This document shows, one piece after another, positions 1 to 13,825 of a stretch of 64,000 nt of DNA (positions within the stretch are counted from its first letter, which is position 1; every line of letters starts with the position of its first letter). Under the pieces are notes generated by a model. It was not told the origin of the DNA and did no database searches. It worked only from the letters and a program-made list of their open reading frames with translations. The stretch spans positions 15,996,001 through 16,060,000 of the forward strand of contig OZ024744.1 in the NCBI GenBank assembly GCA_964016885.1. Reading direction: 5' to 3'. The position numbers and the translations under genes were made by a program. The stretch comes from Eledone cirrhosa (Eukaryota).

Positions 1-519
1 AGGAGAGTATGAAGGAAATTGGAGAAGGAGAATATGAAGAAAGTTGAAGGAGGAGAGTATGAAGGACGTTGGAGAAGGAGAGTATGAAGGAAGTTGAAGA
101 AGGAGAATCTGAAGGAAGTTGGGGAAGGAGAGTATGAAGGAAGTTGAAGAAGGAGAATCTGAAGGAAGTTGGAGCAGGAGAGTATGAAGGAAGTTGGAGA
201 AGGAGAGTATGAAGGAAGTTGGAGAAGGAGAGTATGAAGGAAGTTGAAGGAGGAGAATATGAAGTAAGTTGAAGATCGAGAATCTGAAGGAAGTTGGAGG
301 AGAATATGAAGGAAGTTGGAGAAGGAGAATATGAAGGAAGTTGAAGAAGGAAAATATAAACGAATTTGGAGAAGGAGAGTATGAAGGAAGTTGGAGAATG
401 AGAATCTGAAGGAAGTTGGAGAAGGAGAGTATGAAGGAAGTTTGAGAAGGAGAATCTGAAGGAAGTTGGAGAAGGAGAGTACGAAGGAAGTTGAAGGAGA
501 AGAATATGAAGGAAGTTGA

Positions 520-820
520 AAAATGAGAATCTGAAGGAAGTTGGAGAAGGAGAATATAAAGGAAATTGAAGGAGGAGAATGTGGACGAAGTTGGAGAAGG
601 AGAATATGAAGGAAGTTGAAGGAGGAGAATATTAAGGAAGTTGAAGGAGGAGAATATGAACGAAGTTGGAGAAGAAGAATATGAAGGAAGTTGAAGAAGG
701 AGAATCTGAAGGAAGTTGGAGAAGGAGAATATAAAGGAAATTGAAGGAGGAGAATGTGGACGAAGTTGGAGAAGGAGAATATGAAGGAAGTTGAAGGAGG
801 AGAATATTAAGGAAGTTGAA
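520..820 (+). repeat. 175-bp-offset (7-monomer) local duplication of the TAAAGGAAATT-GTGGACG-ATTAAGG module, repeated at ~31745-32045
   Basis: GTGGACG at 581 and 756; ATTAAGG at 631 and 806. Confidence 0.8.
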
Positions 821-3800
821 GAAGGAGAGTATGAAGGAAGTTGGAGAAGGAGAATATGAAGGAAGTTGAAGAAGGAGAATCTGAAGGAAGTTGGGGAAGG
901 AGAGTATGAAGGAAGTTGAAGGAGAAGAATATGAAGGAAGTTGAAGAAAGAGAATATGAAGGAAGATCGAGGAGGAGAGTATGAAGGAAGTTGGAGGAGG
1001 AGAGTATGAAGGAAGTTGGAGAAGGAGAGTATGAAGGAAGTTGGAGAAGGAGAATCTGAAGAAGTTGGAGAAGGAGAGTATGAAGGAAGTTGAAGGAGAA
1101 GAATATGAAGGAAGTTGAAGAAAGAGAATCTGAAGGAAGTTGGAGAAGGAGAATATGAAGGAAGTTGAAGGAGGAGAATATGAAGGAAGTTGGAGAAGGA
1201 GAATCAGAAGGAAGTTGGAGAAGCACAGAATGAAGGAAGTTGAAGAAGGAGAATCTGAAAGAAGTTGGAGAAGGAGAGTATGAAGGAAGTTGAAGAAGGA
1301 GAATCTGAAGGAAGTTGGAGAAGGAGAGTATGAAGGAAGTTGAAGGAGAAGAATATGAAGGAAGTTGAAGAAGGAGAATCTGAAGGAAGTTGGAGCAGGA
1401 GAGTATGAAGGAAGTTGGAGAAGGAGAGTATGAAGGAAGTTGGAGAAGGAGAGTATGAAGGAAGTTGAAGGAGGAGAATATGAAGTAAGTTGAAGATCGA
1501 GAATCTGAAGGAAGTTGGAGGAGAATATGAAGGAAGTTGGAGAAGGAGAATATGAAGGAAGTTGAAGAAGGAGAATATAAACGAATTTGGAGAAGGAGAG
1601 TATGAAGGAAGTTGGAGAATGAGAATCTGAAGGAAGTTGGAGAAGGAGAGTATGAAGGAAGTTTGAGAAGGAGAATCTGAAGGAAGTTGGAGAAGGAGAG
1701 TACGAAGGAAGTTTGAGAAGGAGAATCTGAAGGAAGTTGGAGAAGGAGAGTATGAAGGAAATTGGAGAAGGAGAATATGAAGAAAGTTGAAGGAGGAGAG
1801 TATGAAGGAAGTTGGAGAAGGAGAGTATGAAGGAAGTTGAAGAAGGAGAATCTGAAGGAAGTTGGGGAAGGAGAGTATGAAGGAAGTTGAAGGAGAAGAA
1901 TATGAAGGAAGTTGAAGAAAGAGAATTTGAAGGAAGATGGAGGAGGAGAGTATGAAGGAAGTTGAAGGAGAAGAATATGAAGGAAGTTGAAGAAAGAGAA
2001 TCTGAAGGAAGTTGGAGAAGGAGAATATGAAGGAAGTTGAAGGAGGAGAATATGAAGGAAGTTGGAGAAGGAGAGTCTGAAGGAAGTTGGAGAAGCACAG
2101 AATGAAGGAAGTTGAAGAAGGAGAATCTGAAGGAAGTTGGAGCAGGAGAGTATGAAGGAAGTTGGAGAAGGAGAGTATGAAGGAAGTTGGAGAAGGAGAG
2201 TATGAAGGAAGTTGAAGGAGGAGAATATGAAGTAAGTTGAAGATCGAGAATCTGAAGGAAGTTGGAGGAGAATATGAAGGAAGTTGGAGAAGGAGAATAT
2301 GAAGGAAGTTGAAGAAGGAGAATATAAACGAATTTGCAGAAGGAGAGTATGAAGGAAGTTGGAGAATGAGAATCTGAAGGAAGTTGGAGAAGGAGAGTAT
2401 GAAGGAAGTTTGAGAAGGAGAATCTGAAGGAAGTTGGAGAAGGAGAGTACGAAGGAAGTTGAAGGAGAAGAATATGAAGGAAGTTGAAAAATGAGAATCT
2501 GAAGGAAGTTGGAGAAGGAGAATATTAAGGAAATTGAAGGAGGAGAATGTGGACGAAGTTGGAGAAGGAGAATATGAAGGAAGTTGAAGGAGGAGAATAT
2601 TAAGGAAGTTGAAGGAGGAGAATATGAACGAAGTTGGAGAAGAAGAATATGAAGGAAGTTGAAGAAGGAGAATCTGAAGGAAGTTGGAGGAGAGTATGAA
2701 GGAAGTTGGAGAAGGAGAGTATGAAGGAAGTTGAAGGAGGAGAATATGAACGAAGTTGGAGAAGGAGAATATGAAGGAAGTTGAAGAAGGAGAATCAGAA
2801 GGAAGTTGGAGAAGGAGAGTATGAAGGAAGTTGGAGAAGGAGAATATGAAGGAAGTTGAAGGAGGAGAATCTGAAGGAAGTTGGAGGAGAGTATGAAGGA
2901 AGTTGGAGAATGAGAGTATGAAGGAAGTTGAAGGAGGAGAATATGAACGAAGTTGGAGAAGGAGAATATGAAGGAAGTTGAAGTAGGAGATAATGAAGGA
3001 AGTTGAAGAAGGAGAATCAGAAGGAAGTTGGAGAAGGAGAGTATGAAGGAAGTTGAAACAGGAGAATCTGAAAGAAGTTGGAGAAGTAGAGTATGAAGGA
3101 AGTTGGAGAAGGAGAATATGAAGGATGTTGAAGGAGGAGAATATGAAGGAAGTTGGAGAAGGAGAGTATGATGGAAGTTGGAGAAGGAGAATATGAAGGA
3201 AGTTGGAGAAGGAGAGTATGAAGGAAGTTGGAGAAGGAGAATATGAAGAAAGTTGGAGAAGGAGAGTATGAAGGAAGTTGAAGGAGAAGAATATGTAGGA
3301 AGTTGAAGAAGGAGAATCTGAAGGAAGTTGGAGAAGGAGAGTATGAAGGAAGTTGGAGAAGGTGAGTATGAAGGAAGTTGGAGAAGGAGAGTATGAAGGA
3401 AGTTGAAAGAGGAGAATATGAAGTAAGTTGAAGAAGGAGAATCTGGAGGAAGTTGGAGGAGATTATGAAGGAAGTTGGAGAAGGAGAATATGAAGGAAGG
3501 TGAAGGAGGAGAATATAAACGAATTTGGAGAAGGAGAGTATGAAGGAAGTTGGAGAATGAGAATCTGAAGGAAGTTGGTGAAGGAGAGTATGAAGGAAGT
3601 TTGAGAAGGAGAATCTGAAGGATGTTGGAGAAGGAGAGTACGAAGGAAGTTGAAGGAGAAGAATATGAAGGAAGTTGAAGAAGGAGAATATGAAGGAAGT
3701 TGGAGAAGGAGAGTATGAAGGAAGTTGGAGAAGGAGAATATGAAGGAAATTGAAGGAGGAGAATATGAACGAAGTTGGAGAAGAAAAATATGAAGGAAGT

Positions 3801-6800
3801 TGAAGAAGGATAATCTGAAGGAAGTTGGAGGAGAGTATGAAGGAAGTTGGAGAAGGAGAGTATGAAGGAAGTTGAAGGAGGAGAATATGAACGAAGTTGG
3901 AGAAGGAGAATATGAAGGAAGCTGAAGAAGGAGAATCAGAAGGAAGTTGGAGAAGGAGAATATGAAGGAAGTTGAAGGAGGAGAATATGAAGGAATTTGG
4001 AGAAGGAGAGTATGAAGGAAGTTGGAGAAGGAGAATATGAAGGAAGTTGGAGAAGGAGAGTATGAAGGAAATTGGAGAAGGAGAATATGATGAAAGTTGA
4101 AGGAGGAGAGTATGAAGGACGTTGGAGAAGGAGAGTATGAAGGAAGTTGAAGAAGGAGAATCTGAAGGAAGTTGGGGAAGGAGAGTATGAAGGAAGTTGA
4201 AGAAGGAGAATATGAAGGAAATTGAAGGAGGAGAATATGACCGAAGTTGGAGAAGGAGAATATGAAGGAAGTTGAAGAAGGAGAATCTGAAGGAAGTTGG
4301 AGGAGAGTATGAAGGAAGTTGGAGAAGGAGAGTATGAAGGAAGTTGAAGGAGGAGAATCAGAAGGAAGTTGGAGAAGGAGAGTATGAAGGAAGTTGGAGA
4401 AGGAGAATATGAAGAAAGTTGAAGGAGGAGAGTATGAAGGAAGTTGGAGAAGGAGAGTATGAAGGAAGTTGAAGAAGGAGAATCTGAAGGAAGTTGGGGA
4501 AGGAGAGTATGAAGGAAGTTGAAGGAGGAGAATATGAAGTAAGTTGAAGATCGAGAATCTGAAGGAAGTTGGAGGAGAATATGAAGGAAGTTGGAGAAGG
4601 AGAATATGAAGGAAGTTGAAGAAGGAGAATATAAACGAATTTGGAGAAGGAGAGTATAAAGGAAGTTGGAGAATGAGAATCTGAAGGAAGTTGGAGAAGG
4701 AGAGTATGAAGGAAGTTTGAGAAGGAGAATCTGAAGGAAGTTGGAGAAGGAGAGTACGAAGGAAGTTGAAGGAGAAGAATATGAAGGAAGTTGAAAAATG
4801 AGAATCTGAAGGAAGTTGGAGAAGGAGAATATAAAGGAAATTGAAGGAGGAGAATGTGGATGAAGTTGGTGAAGGAGAATATGAAGGAAGTTGAAGGAGG
4901 AGAATATTAAGGAAGTTGAAGGAGGAGAATATGAACGAAGTTGGAGAAGAAGAATATGAAGGAAGTTGAAGAAGGAGAATCTGAAGGAAGTTGGAGGAGA
5001 GTATGAAGGAAGTTGGAGAAGGAGAGTATGAAGGAAGTTGAAGGAGGAGAATATGAACGAAGTTGGAGAAGGAGAATATGAAGGAAGTTGAAGAAGGAGA
5101 ATCAGAAAGAAGTTGGAGAAGGAGAGTATGAAGGAAGTTGGAGAAGGAGAATATGAAGGAAATTGAAGGAGGAGAATATGAACGAAGTTGGAGAAGAAAA
5201 ATATGAAGGAAGTTGAAGAAGGATAATCTGAAGGAAGTTGGAGGAGAGTATGAAGGAAGTTGGAGAAGGAGAGTATGAAGGAAGTTGAAGGAGGAGAATA
5301 TGAACGAAGTTGGAGAAGGAGAATATGAAGGAAGCTGAAGAAGGAGAATCAGAAGGAAGTTGGAGAAGGAGAATATGAAGGAAGTTGAAGGAGGAGAATA
5401 TGAAGGAATTTGGAGAAGGAGAGTATGAAGGAAGTTGGAGAAGGAGAATATGAAGGAAGTTGGAGAAGGAGAGTATGAAGGAAATTGGAGAAGGAGAATA
5501 TGAAGAAAGTTGAAGGAGGAGAGTATGAAGGACGTTGGAGAAGGAGAGTATGAAGGAAGTTGAAGAAGGAGAATCTGAAGGAAGTTGGGGAAGGAGAGTA
5601 TGAAGGAAGTTGAAGAAGGAGAATCTGAAGGAAGTTGGAGCAGGAGAGTATGAAGGAAGTTGGAGAAGGAGAGTATGAAGGAAGTTGGAGAAGGAGAGTA
5701 TGAAGGAAGTTGAAGGAGGAGAATATGAAGTAAGTTGAAGATCGAGAATCTGAAGGAAGTTGGAGGAGAATATGAAGGAAGTTGGAGAAGGAGAATATGA
5801 AGGAAGTTGAAGAAGTAGAATATAAACGAATTTGGAGAAGGAGAGATGAAGGAAGTTGGAGAATGAGAATCTGAAGGAAGTTGGAGAAGGAGAGTATGAA
5901 GGAAGTTTGAGAAGGAGAATCTGAAGGAAGTTGGAGAAGGAGAGTACGAAGGAAGTTGAAGGAGAAGAATATGAAGGAAGTTGAAAAATGAGAATCTGAA
6001 GGAAGTTGGAGAAGGAGAATATAAAGGAAATTGAAGGAGGAGAATGTGGACGAAGTTGGAGAAGGAGAATATGAAGGAAGTTGAAGGAGGAGAATATTAA
6101 GGAAGTTGAAGGAGGAGAATATGAACGAAGTTGGAGAAGAAGAATATGAAGGAAGTTGAAGAAGGAGAATCTGAAGGAAGTTGGAGGAGAGTATGAAGGA
6201 AGTTGGAGAAGGAGAGTATGAAGGAAGTTGAAGGAGGAGAATATGAACGAAGTTGGAGAAGGAGAATATGAAGGAAGTTGAAGAAGGAGAATCAGAAGGA
6301 AGTTGGTGAAGGAGAGTATGAAGGAAGTTGGAGAAGGAGAATATGAAGGAAGTTGAAGGAGGAGAATATGAAGGAAGTTGGAGAAGGAGAGTATGAAGGA
6401 AGTTGGAGAAGGAGAATATGAAGGAAGTCGGAGAAGGAGAGTATGAAGGAAGTTGGAGAAGGAGAATATGAAGAAAGTTGAAGGAGGAGAGTATGAAGGA
6501 AGTTGAAGGAGAAGAATATGAAGGAAGTTGAAGAAGGAGAATCTGAAGGAAGTTGGAGAAGGAGAATATAAAGGAAATTGAAGGAGGAGAATGTGGACGA
6601 AGTTGGAGAAGGAGAATATGAAGGAAGTTGAAGGAGGAGAATATTAAGGAAGTTGAAGAAGGAGAATCAGAAGGAAGTTGGAGAAGGAGAATATGAAGGA
6701 AGTTGAAGGAGGAGAATATAAACGAATTTGGAGAAGGAGAGTATGAAGGAAGTTGGAGAATGAGAATGTGAAGGAAGTTGGAGAAGGAGAGTATGAAGGA

Positions 6801-9800
6801 AGTTTGAGAAGGAGAATCTGAAGGATGTTGGAGAAGGAGAGTACGAAGGAAGTTGAAGGAGAAGAATATGAAGAAAGTTGAAGAAGGAGAATCTGAAGGA
6901 AGTTGGAGAAGGGAGTATGAAGGAAGTTGGAGAAGGAGAATATGAAGGAAATTGAAGGAGGAGAATATGACCGAAGTTGGAGAAGGAGAATATGAAGGAA
7001 GTTGAAGAAGGAGAATCTGAAGGAAGTTGGAGGAGAGTATGAAGGAAGTTGAAGGAGGAGAATCAGAAGGAAGTTGGAGAAGGAGAGTATGAAGGAAGTT
7101 GGAGAAGGAGAATATGAAGAAAGTTGAAGGAGGAGAGTATGAAGGAAGTTGGAGAAGGAGAGTATGAAGGAAGTTGAAGAAGGAGAATCTGAAGGAAGTT
7201 GGGGAAGGAGAGTATGAAGGAAGTTGAAGGAGGAGAATATGAAGTAAGTTGAAGATCGAGAATCTGAAGGAAGTTGGAGGAGAATATGAAGGAAGTTGGA
7301 GAAGGAGAATATGAAGGAAGTTGAAGAAGGAGAATATAAACGAATTTGGAGAAGGAGAGTATGAAGGAAGTTGGAGAATGAGAATCTGAAGGAAGTTGGA
7401 GAAGGAGAGTATGAAGGAAGTTTGAGAAGGAGAATCTGAAGGAAGTTGGAGAAGGAGAGTACGAAGGAAGTTGAAGGAGAAGAATATGAAGGAAGTTGAA
7501 AAATGAGAATCTGAAGGAAGTTGGAGAAGGAGAATATAAAGGAAATTGAAGGAGGAGAATGTGGACGAAGTTGGAGAAGGAGAATATGAAGGAAGTTGAA
7601 GGAGGAGAATATTAAGGAAGTTGAAGGAGGAGAATATGAACGAAGTTGGAGAAGAAGAATATGAAGGAAGTTGAAGAAGGAGAATCTGAAGGAAGTTGGA
7701 GGAGAGTATGAAGGAAGTTGGAGAAGGAGAGTATGAAGGAAGTTGAAGGAGGAGAATATGAACGAAGTTGGAGAAGGAGAATATGAAGGAAGTTGAAGAA
7801 GGAGAATCAGAAGGAAGTTGGAGAAGGAGAGTATGAAGGAAGTTGGAGAAGGAGAATATGAAGGAAATTGAAGGAGGAGAATATGAACGAAGTTGGAGAA
7901 GAAAAATATGAAGGAAGTTGAAGAAGGATAATCTGAAGGAAGTTGGAGGAGAGTATGAAGGAAGTTGGAGAAGGAGAATATGAAGGAAGTTGGAGAAGGA
8001 GAGTATGAAGGAAATTGGAGAAGGAGAATATGAAGAAAGTTGAAGGAGGAGAGTATGAAGGACGTTGGAGAAGGAGAGTATGAAGGAAGTTGAAGAAGGA
8101 GAATCTGAAGGAAGTTGGGGAAGGAGAGTATGAAGGAAGTTGAAGAAGGAGAATCTGAAGGAAGTTGGAGCAGGAGAGTATGAAGGAAGTTGGAGAAGGA
8201 GAGTATGAAGGAAGTTGGAGAAGGAGAGTATGAAGGAAGTTGAAGGAGGAGAATATGAAGTAAGTTGAAGATCGAGAATCTGAAGGAAGTTGGAGGAGAA
8301 TATGAAGGAAGTTGGAGAAGGAGAATATGAAGGAAGTTGAAGAAGGAGAATATAAACGAATTTGGAGAAGGAGAGTATGAAGGAAGTTGGAGAATGAGAA
8401 TCTGAAGGAAGTTGGTGAAGGAGAGTATGAAGGAAGTTTGAGAAGGAGAATCTGAAGGAAGTTGGAGAAGGAGAGTACGAAGGAAGTTGAAGGAGAAGAA
8501 TATGAAGGAAGTTGAAAAATGAGAATCTGAAGGAAGTTGGAGAAGGAGAATATAAAGGAAATTGAAGGAGGAGAATGTGGACGAAGTTGGAGAAGGAGAA
8601 TATGAAGGAATTTGAAGGAGGAGAATATTAAGGAAGTTGAAGGAGGAGAATATGAACGAAGTTGGAGAAGAAGAATATGAAGGAAGTTGAAGAAGGAGAA
8701 TCTGAAGGAAGTTGGAGGAGAGTATGAAGGAAGTTGGAGAAGGAGAGTATGAAGGAAGTTGAAGGAGGAGAATATGAACGAAGTTGGAGAAGGAGAATAT
8801 GAAGGAAGTTGAAGAAGGAGAATCAGAAGGAAGTTGGAGAAGGAGAGTATGAAGGAAGTTGGAGAAGGAGAATATGAAGGAAGTTGAAGGAGGAGAATAT
8901 GAAGGAAGTTGGAGAAGGAGAGTATGAAGGAAGTTGGAGAAGGAGAATATGAAGGAAGTCGGAGAAGGAGAGTATGAAGGAAGTTGGAGAAGGAGAATAT
9001 GAAGAAAGTTGAAGGAGGAGAGTATGAAGGAAGTTGAAGGAGAAGAATATGAAGGAAGTTGAAGAAGGAGAATCTGAAGGAAGTTGGAGAAGGAGAATAT
9101 AAAGGAAATTGAAGGAAGAGAATGTGGACGAAGTTGGAGAAGGAGAATATGAAGGAAGTTGAAGGAGGAGAATATTAAGGAAGTTGAAGAAGGAGAATCA
9201 GAAGGAAGTTGGAGAAGGAGAATATGAAGGAAGTTGAAGGAGGAGAATATAAACGAATTTGGAGAAGGAGAGTATGAAGGAAGTTGGAGAATGAGAATGT
9301 GAAGGAAGTTGGAGAAGGAGAGTATGAAGGAAGTTTGAGAAGGAGAATCTGAAGGATGTTGGGGAAGGAGAGTACGAAGGAAGTTGAAGGAGAAGAATAT
9401 GAAGAAAGTTGAAGAAGGAGAATCTGAAGGAAGTTGGAGAAGGAGAGTATGAAGGAAGTTGGAGAAGGAGAATATGAAGGAAATTGAAGGAGGAGAATAT
9501 GACCGAAGTTGGAGAAGGAGAGTATGAAGGAAGTTGAAGGAGGAGAATCAGAAGGAAGTTGGAGAAGGAGAGTATGAAGGAAGTTGGAGAAGGAGAATAT
9601 GAAGAAAGTTGAAGGAGGAGAGTATGAAGGAAGTTGGAGAAGGAGAGTATGAAGGAAGTTGAAGAAGGAGAATCTGAAGGAAGTTGGGGAAGGAGAGTAT
9701 GAAGGAAGTTGAAGGAGGAGAATATGAAGTAAGCTGAAGATCGAGAATCTGAAGGAAGTTGGAGGAGAATATGAAGGAAGTTGGAGAAGGAGAATATGAA

Positions 9801-12800
9801 GGAAGTTGAAGAAGGAGAATATAAACGAATTTGGAGAAGGAGAGTATGAAGGAAGTTGGAGAATGAGAATCTGAAGGAAGTTGGAGAAGGAGAGTATGAA
9901 GGAAGTTTGAGAAGGAGAATCTGAAGGAAGTTGGAGAAGGAGAGTACGAAGGAAGTTGAAGGAGAAGAATATGAAGGAAGTTGAAAAATGAGAATCTGAA
10001 GGAAGTTGGAGAAGGAGAATATAAAGGAAATTGAAGGAGGAGAATGTAGAGGAAGTTGGAGAAGGAGAATATGAAGGAAGTTGAAGGAGGAGAATATTAA
10101 GGAAGTTGAAGGAGGAGAATATGAACGAAGTTGGAGAAGAAGAATATGAAGGAAGTTGAAGAAGGAGAATCTGAAGCAAGTTGGAGGAGAGTATGAAGGA
10201 AGTTGGAGAAGGAGAGTATGAAGGAAGTTGAAGGAGGAAAATATGAACGAAGTTGGAGAAGGAGAATATGAAGGAAGTTGAAGAAGGAGAATCAGAAGGA
10301 AGTTGGAGAAGGAGAGTATGAAGGAAGTTGGAGAAGGAGAATATGAAGGAAGTTGGAGAAGGAGAGTATGAAGGAAGTTGGAGAAGGAGAATATGAAGGA
10401 AGTCGGAGAAGGAGAGTATGAAGGAAGTTGGAGAAGGAGAATATGAAGAAAGTTGAAGGAGGAGAGTATGAAGGAAGTTGAAGGAGAAGAATATGAAGGA
10501 AGTTGAACAAGGAGAATCTGAAGGAAGTTGGAGAAGGAGAATATAAAGGAAATTGAAGGAGGAGAATGTGGACGAAGTTGGAGAAGGAGAATATGAAGGA
10601 AGTTGAAGGAGGAGAATATTAAGGAAGTTGAAGAAGGAGAATCAGAAGGAAGTTGGAGAAGGAGAATATGAAGGAAGTTGAAGGAGGAGAATATAAACGA
10701 ATTTGGAGAAGGAGAGTATGAAGGAAGTTGGAGAATGAGAATGTGAAGGAAGTTGGAGAAGGAGAGTATGAAGGAAGTTTGAGAAGGAGAATCTGAAGGA
10801 TGTTGGAGAAGGAGAGTACGAAGGAAGTTGAAGGAGAAGAATATGAAGAAAGTTGAAGAAGGAGAATCTGAAGGAAGTTGGAGAAGGAGAGTATGAAGGA
10901 AGTTGGAGAAGGAGAATATGAAGGAAATTGAAGGAGGAGAATATGACCGAAGTTGGAGAAGGAGAATATGAAGGAAGTTGAAGAAGGAGAATCTGAAGGA
11001 AGTTGGAGGAGAGTATGAAGGAAGTTGGAGAAGGAGAGTATGAAGGAAGTTGAAGGAGGAGAATCAGAAGGAAGTTGGAGAAGGAGAGTATGAAGGAAGT
11101 TGGAGAAGGAGAATATGAAGAAAGTTGAAGGAGGAGAGTATGAAGGAAGTTGGAGAAGGAGAGTATGAAGGAAGTTGAAGAAGGAGAATCTGAAGGAAGT
11201 TGGGGAAGGAGAGTATGAAGGAAGTTGAAGGAGAAGAATATGAAGGAAGTTGAAGAAGGAGAATCAGAAGGAAGTTGGAGAAGGAGAGTATGAAGGAAGT
11301 TGGAGAAGGAGAATATGAAGGAAGTTGAAGGAGGAGAATATGAAGGAAGTTGGAGAAGGAGAGTATGAAGGAAGTTGGAGAAGGAGAATATGAAGGAAGT
11401 TGGAGGAGAGTATGAAGGAAGTTGGAGAAGGAGAATATGAAGAAAGTTGAAGGAGGAGAGTATGAAGGAAGTTGGAGAAGGAGAGTATGAAGGAAGTTGA
11501 AGAAGGAGAATCTGAAGGAAGTTGGGGAAGGAGAGTATGAAGGAAGTTGAAGGAGAAGAATATGAAGGAAGTTGAAGAAAGAGAATATGAAGGAAGATGG
11601 AGGAGGGGAGTATGAAGGAAGTTGGAGAAGGAGAGTATGAAGGAAGTTGGAGAAGGATAATCTGAAGGAAGTTGGAGAAGGAGAGTATGAAGGAAGTTGA
11701 AGGAGAATATAAACGAATTTGGAGAAGGAGAGTATGAAGGAAGTTGAAGGAGAAGAATATGAAGGAAGTTGAAGAAGGAGAATCTGAAGGAAGTTGGAGA
11801 AGGAGAGTCTAAAGGAAGTTGGAAAAGGAGAATATGAAGGAAGTTGGAGAAGGAGATTATGAAGGAAGTTGAAGAAGGAGAATATAAACGAATTTGGAGA
11901 AGGAGAGTATGAAGGAAGTTGGAGAATGAGAATCTGAAGGAAGTTGGAGAAGGAGAGTATGAAGGAAGTTTGAGAAGGAGAATCTGAAGGAAGTTGGAGA
12001 AGGAGAGTACGAAGGAAGTTGAAGGAGAAGAATATGAAGGAAGTTGAAAAATGAGAATCTGAAGGAAGTTGGAGAAGGAGAATATAAAGGAAATTGAAGG
12101 AGGAGAATGTGGACGAAGTTGGAGAAGGAGAATATGAAGGAAGTTGAAGGAGGAGAATATTAAGGAAGTTGAAGGAGGAGAATATGAACGAAGTTGGAGA
12201 AGAAGAATATGAAGGAAGTTGAAGAAGGAGAATCTGAAGGAAGTTGGAGGAGAGTATGAAGGAAGTTGGAGAAGGAGAGTATGAAGGAAGTTGAAGGAGG
12301 AGAATATGAACGAAGTTGGAGAAGGAGAATATGAAGGAAGTTGAAGAAGGAGAATCAGAAGGAAGTTGGAGAAGGAGAGTATGAAGGAAGTTGGAGAAGG
12401 AGAATATGAAGGAAGTTGAAGGAGGAGAATATGAAGGAAGTTGGAGAAGGAGAGTATGAAGGAAGTTGGAGAAGGAGAATATGAAGGAAGTCGGAGAAGG
12501 AGAGTATGAAGGAAGTTGGAGAAGGAGAATATGAAGAAAGTTGAAGGAGGAGAGTATGAAGGAAGTTGAAGGAGAAGAATATGAAGGAAGTTGAAGAAGG
12601 AGAATCTGAAGGAAGTTGGAGAAGGAGAATATAAAGGAAATTGAAGGAGGAGAATGTGGACGAAGTTGGAGAAGGAGAATATGAAGGAAGTTGAAGGAGG
12701 AGAATATTAAGGAAGTTGAAGAAGGAGAATCAGAAGGAAGTTGGAGAAGGAGAATATGAAGGAAGTTGAAGGAGGAGAATATAAACGAATTTGGAGAAGG

Positions 12801-13374
12801 AGAGTATGAAGGAAGTTGGAGAATGAGAATGTGAAGGAAGTTGGAGAAGGAGAATATGAAGGAAGTTGAAGGAGGAGAATATGAAGGAAGTTGGAGAAGG
12901 AGAATCAGAAGGAAGTTGGAGAAGCACAGAATGAAGGAAGTTGAAGAAGGAGAATCTGAAAGAAGTTGGAGAAGGAGAGTATGAAGGAAGTTGAAGAAGG
13001 AGAATCTGAAGGAAGTTGGAGAAGGAGAGTATGAAGGAAGTTGAAGGAGAAGAATATGAAGGAAGTTGAAGAAGGAGAATCTGAAGGAAGTTGGAGCAGG
13101 AGAGTATGAAGGAAGTTGGAGAAGGAGAGTATGAAGGAAGTTGGAGAAGGAGAGTATAAAGGAAGTTGAAGGAGGAGAATATGAAGTAAGTTGAAGATGG
13201 AGAATCTGAAGGAAGTTGGAGGAGAATATGAAGGAAGTTGGAGAAGGAGAATATGAAGGAAGTTGAAGAAGGAGAATATAAACGAATTTGGAGAAGGAGA
13301 GTATGAAGGAAGTTGGAGAATGAGAATCTGAAGGAAGTTGGAGAAGGAGAGTATGAAGGAAGTTTGAGAAGGAG

Positions 13375-13825
13375 AATCTGAAGGAAGTTGGAGAAGGAGA
13401 GTACGAAGGAATTTGAAGGAGAAGAATATGAAGGAAGTTGAAGAAAGAGAATATGAAGGAAGATGGAGGAGGAGAGTATGAAGGAAGTTGGAGAAGGAGA
13501 GTATGAAGGAGGTTGGAGGACGAGCGTATGAAGGAAGTTGGAGGAGGAGAGTATGAAGGAAGTTGGAGAAGGAGAGTATGAAGGAAGTTGGAGAAGGAGA
13601 ATCTGAAGAAAGTTGGAGAAGGAGAGTACGAAGGAATTTGAAGGAGAAGAATATGAAGGAAGTTGAAGAAAGAGAATATGAAGGAAGATGGAGGAGGAGA
13701 GTATGAAGGAAGTTGGAGAAGGAGAGTATGAAGGAGGTTGGAGGACGAGCGTATGAAGGAAGTTGGAGGAGGAGAGTATGAAGGAAGTTGGAGAAGGAGA
13801 GTATGAAGGAAGTTGGAGAAGGAGT
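13375..13825 (+). repeat. 225-bp (9-monomer) local tandem duplication, also present at ~19930-20380, ~22900-23355 and ~42640-43090
   Basis: Rare GGAGGACGAGCGTAT monomer pairs at 13521/13746, 20072/20297, 23050/23275 and 42783/43008. Confidence 0.88.
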
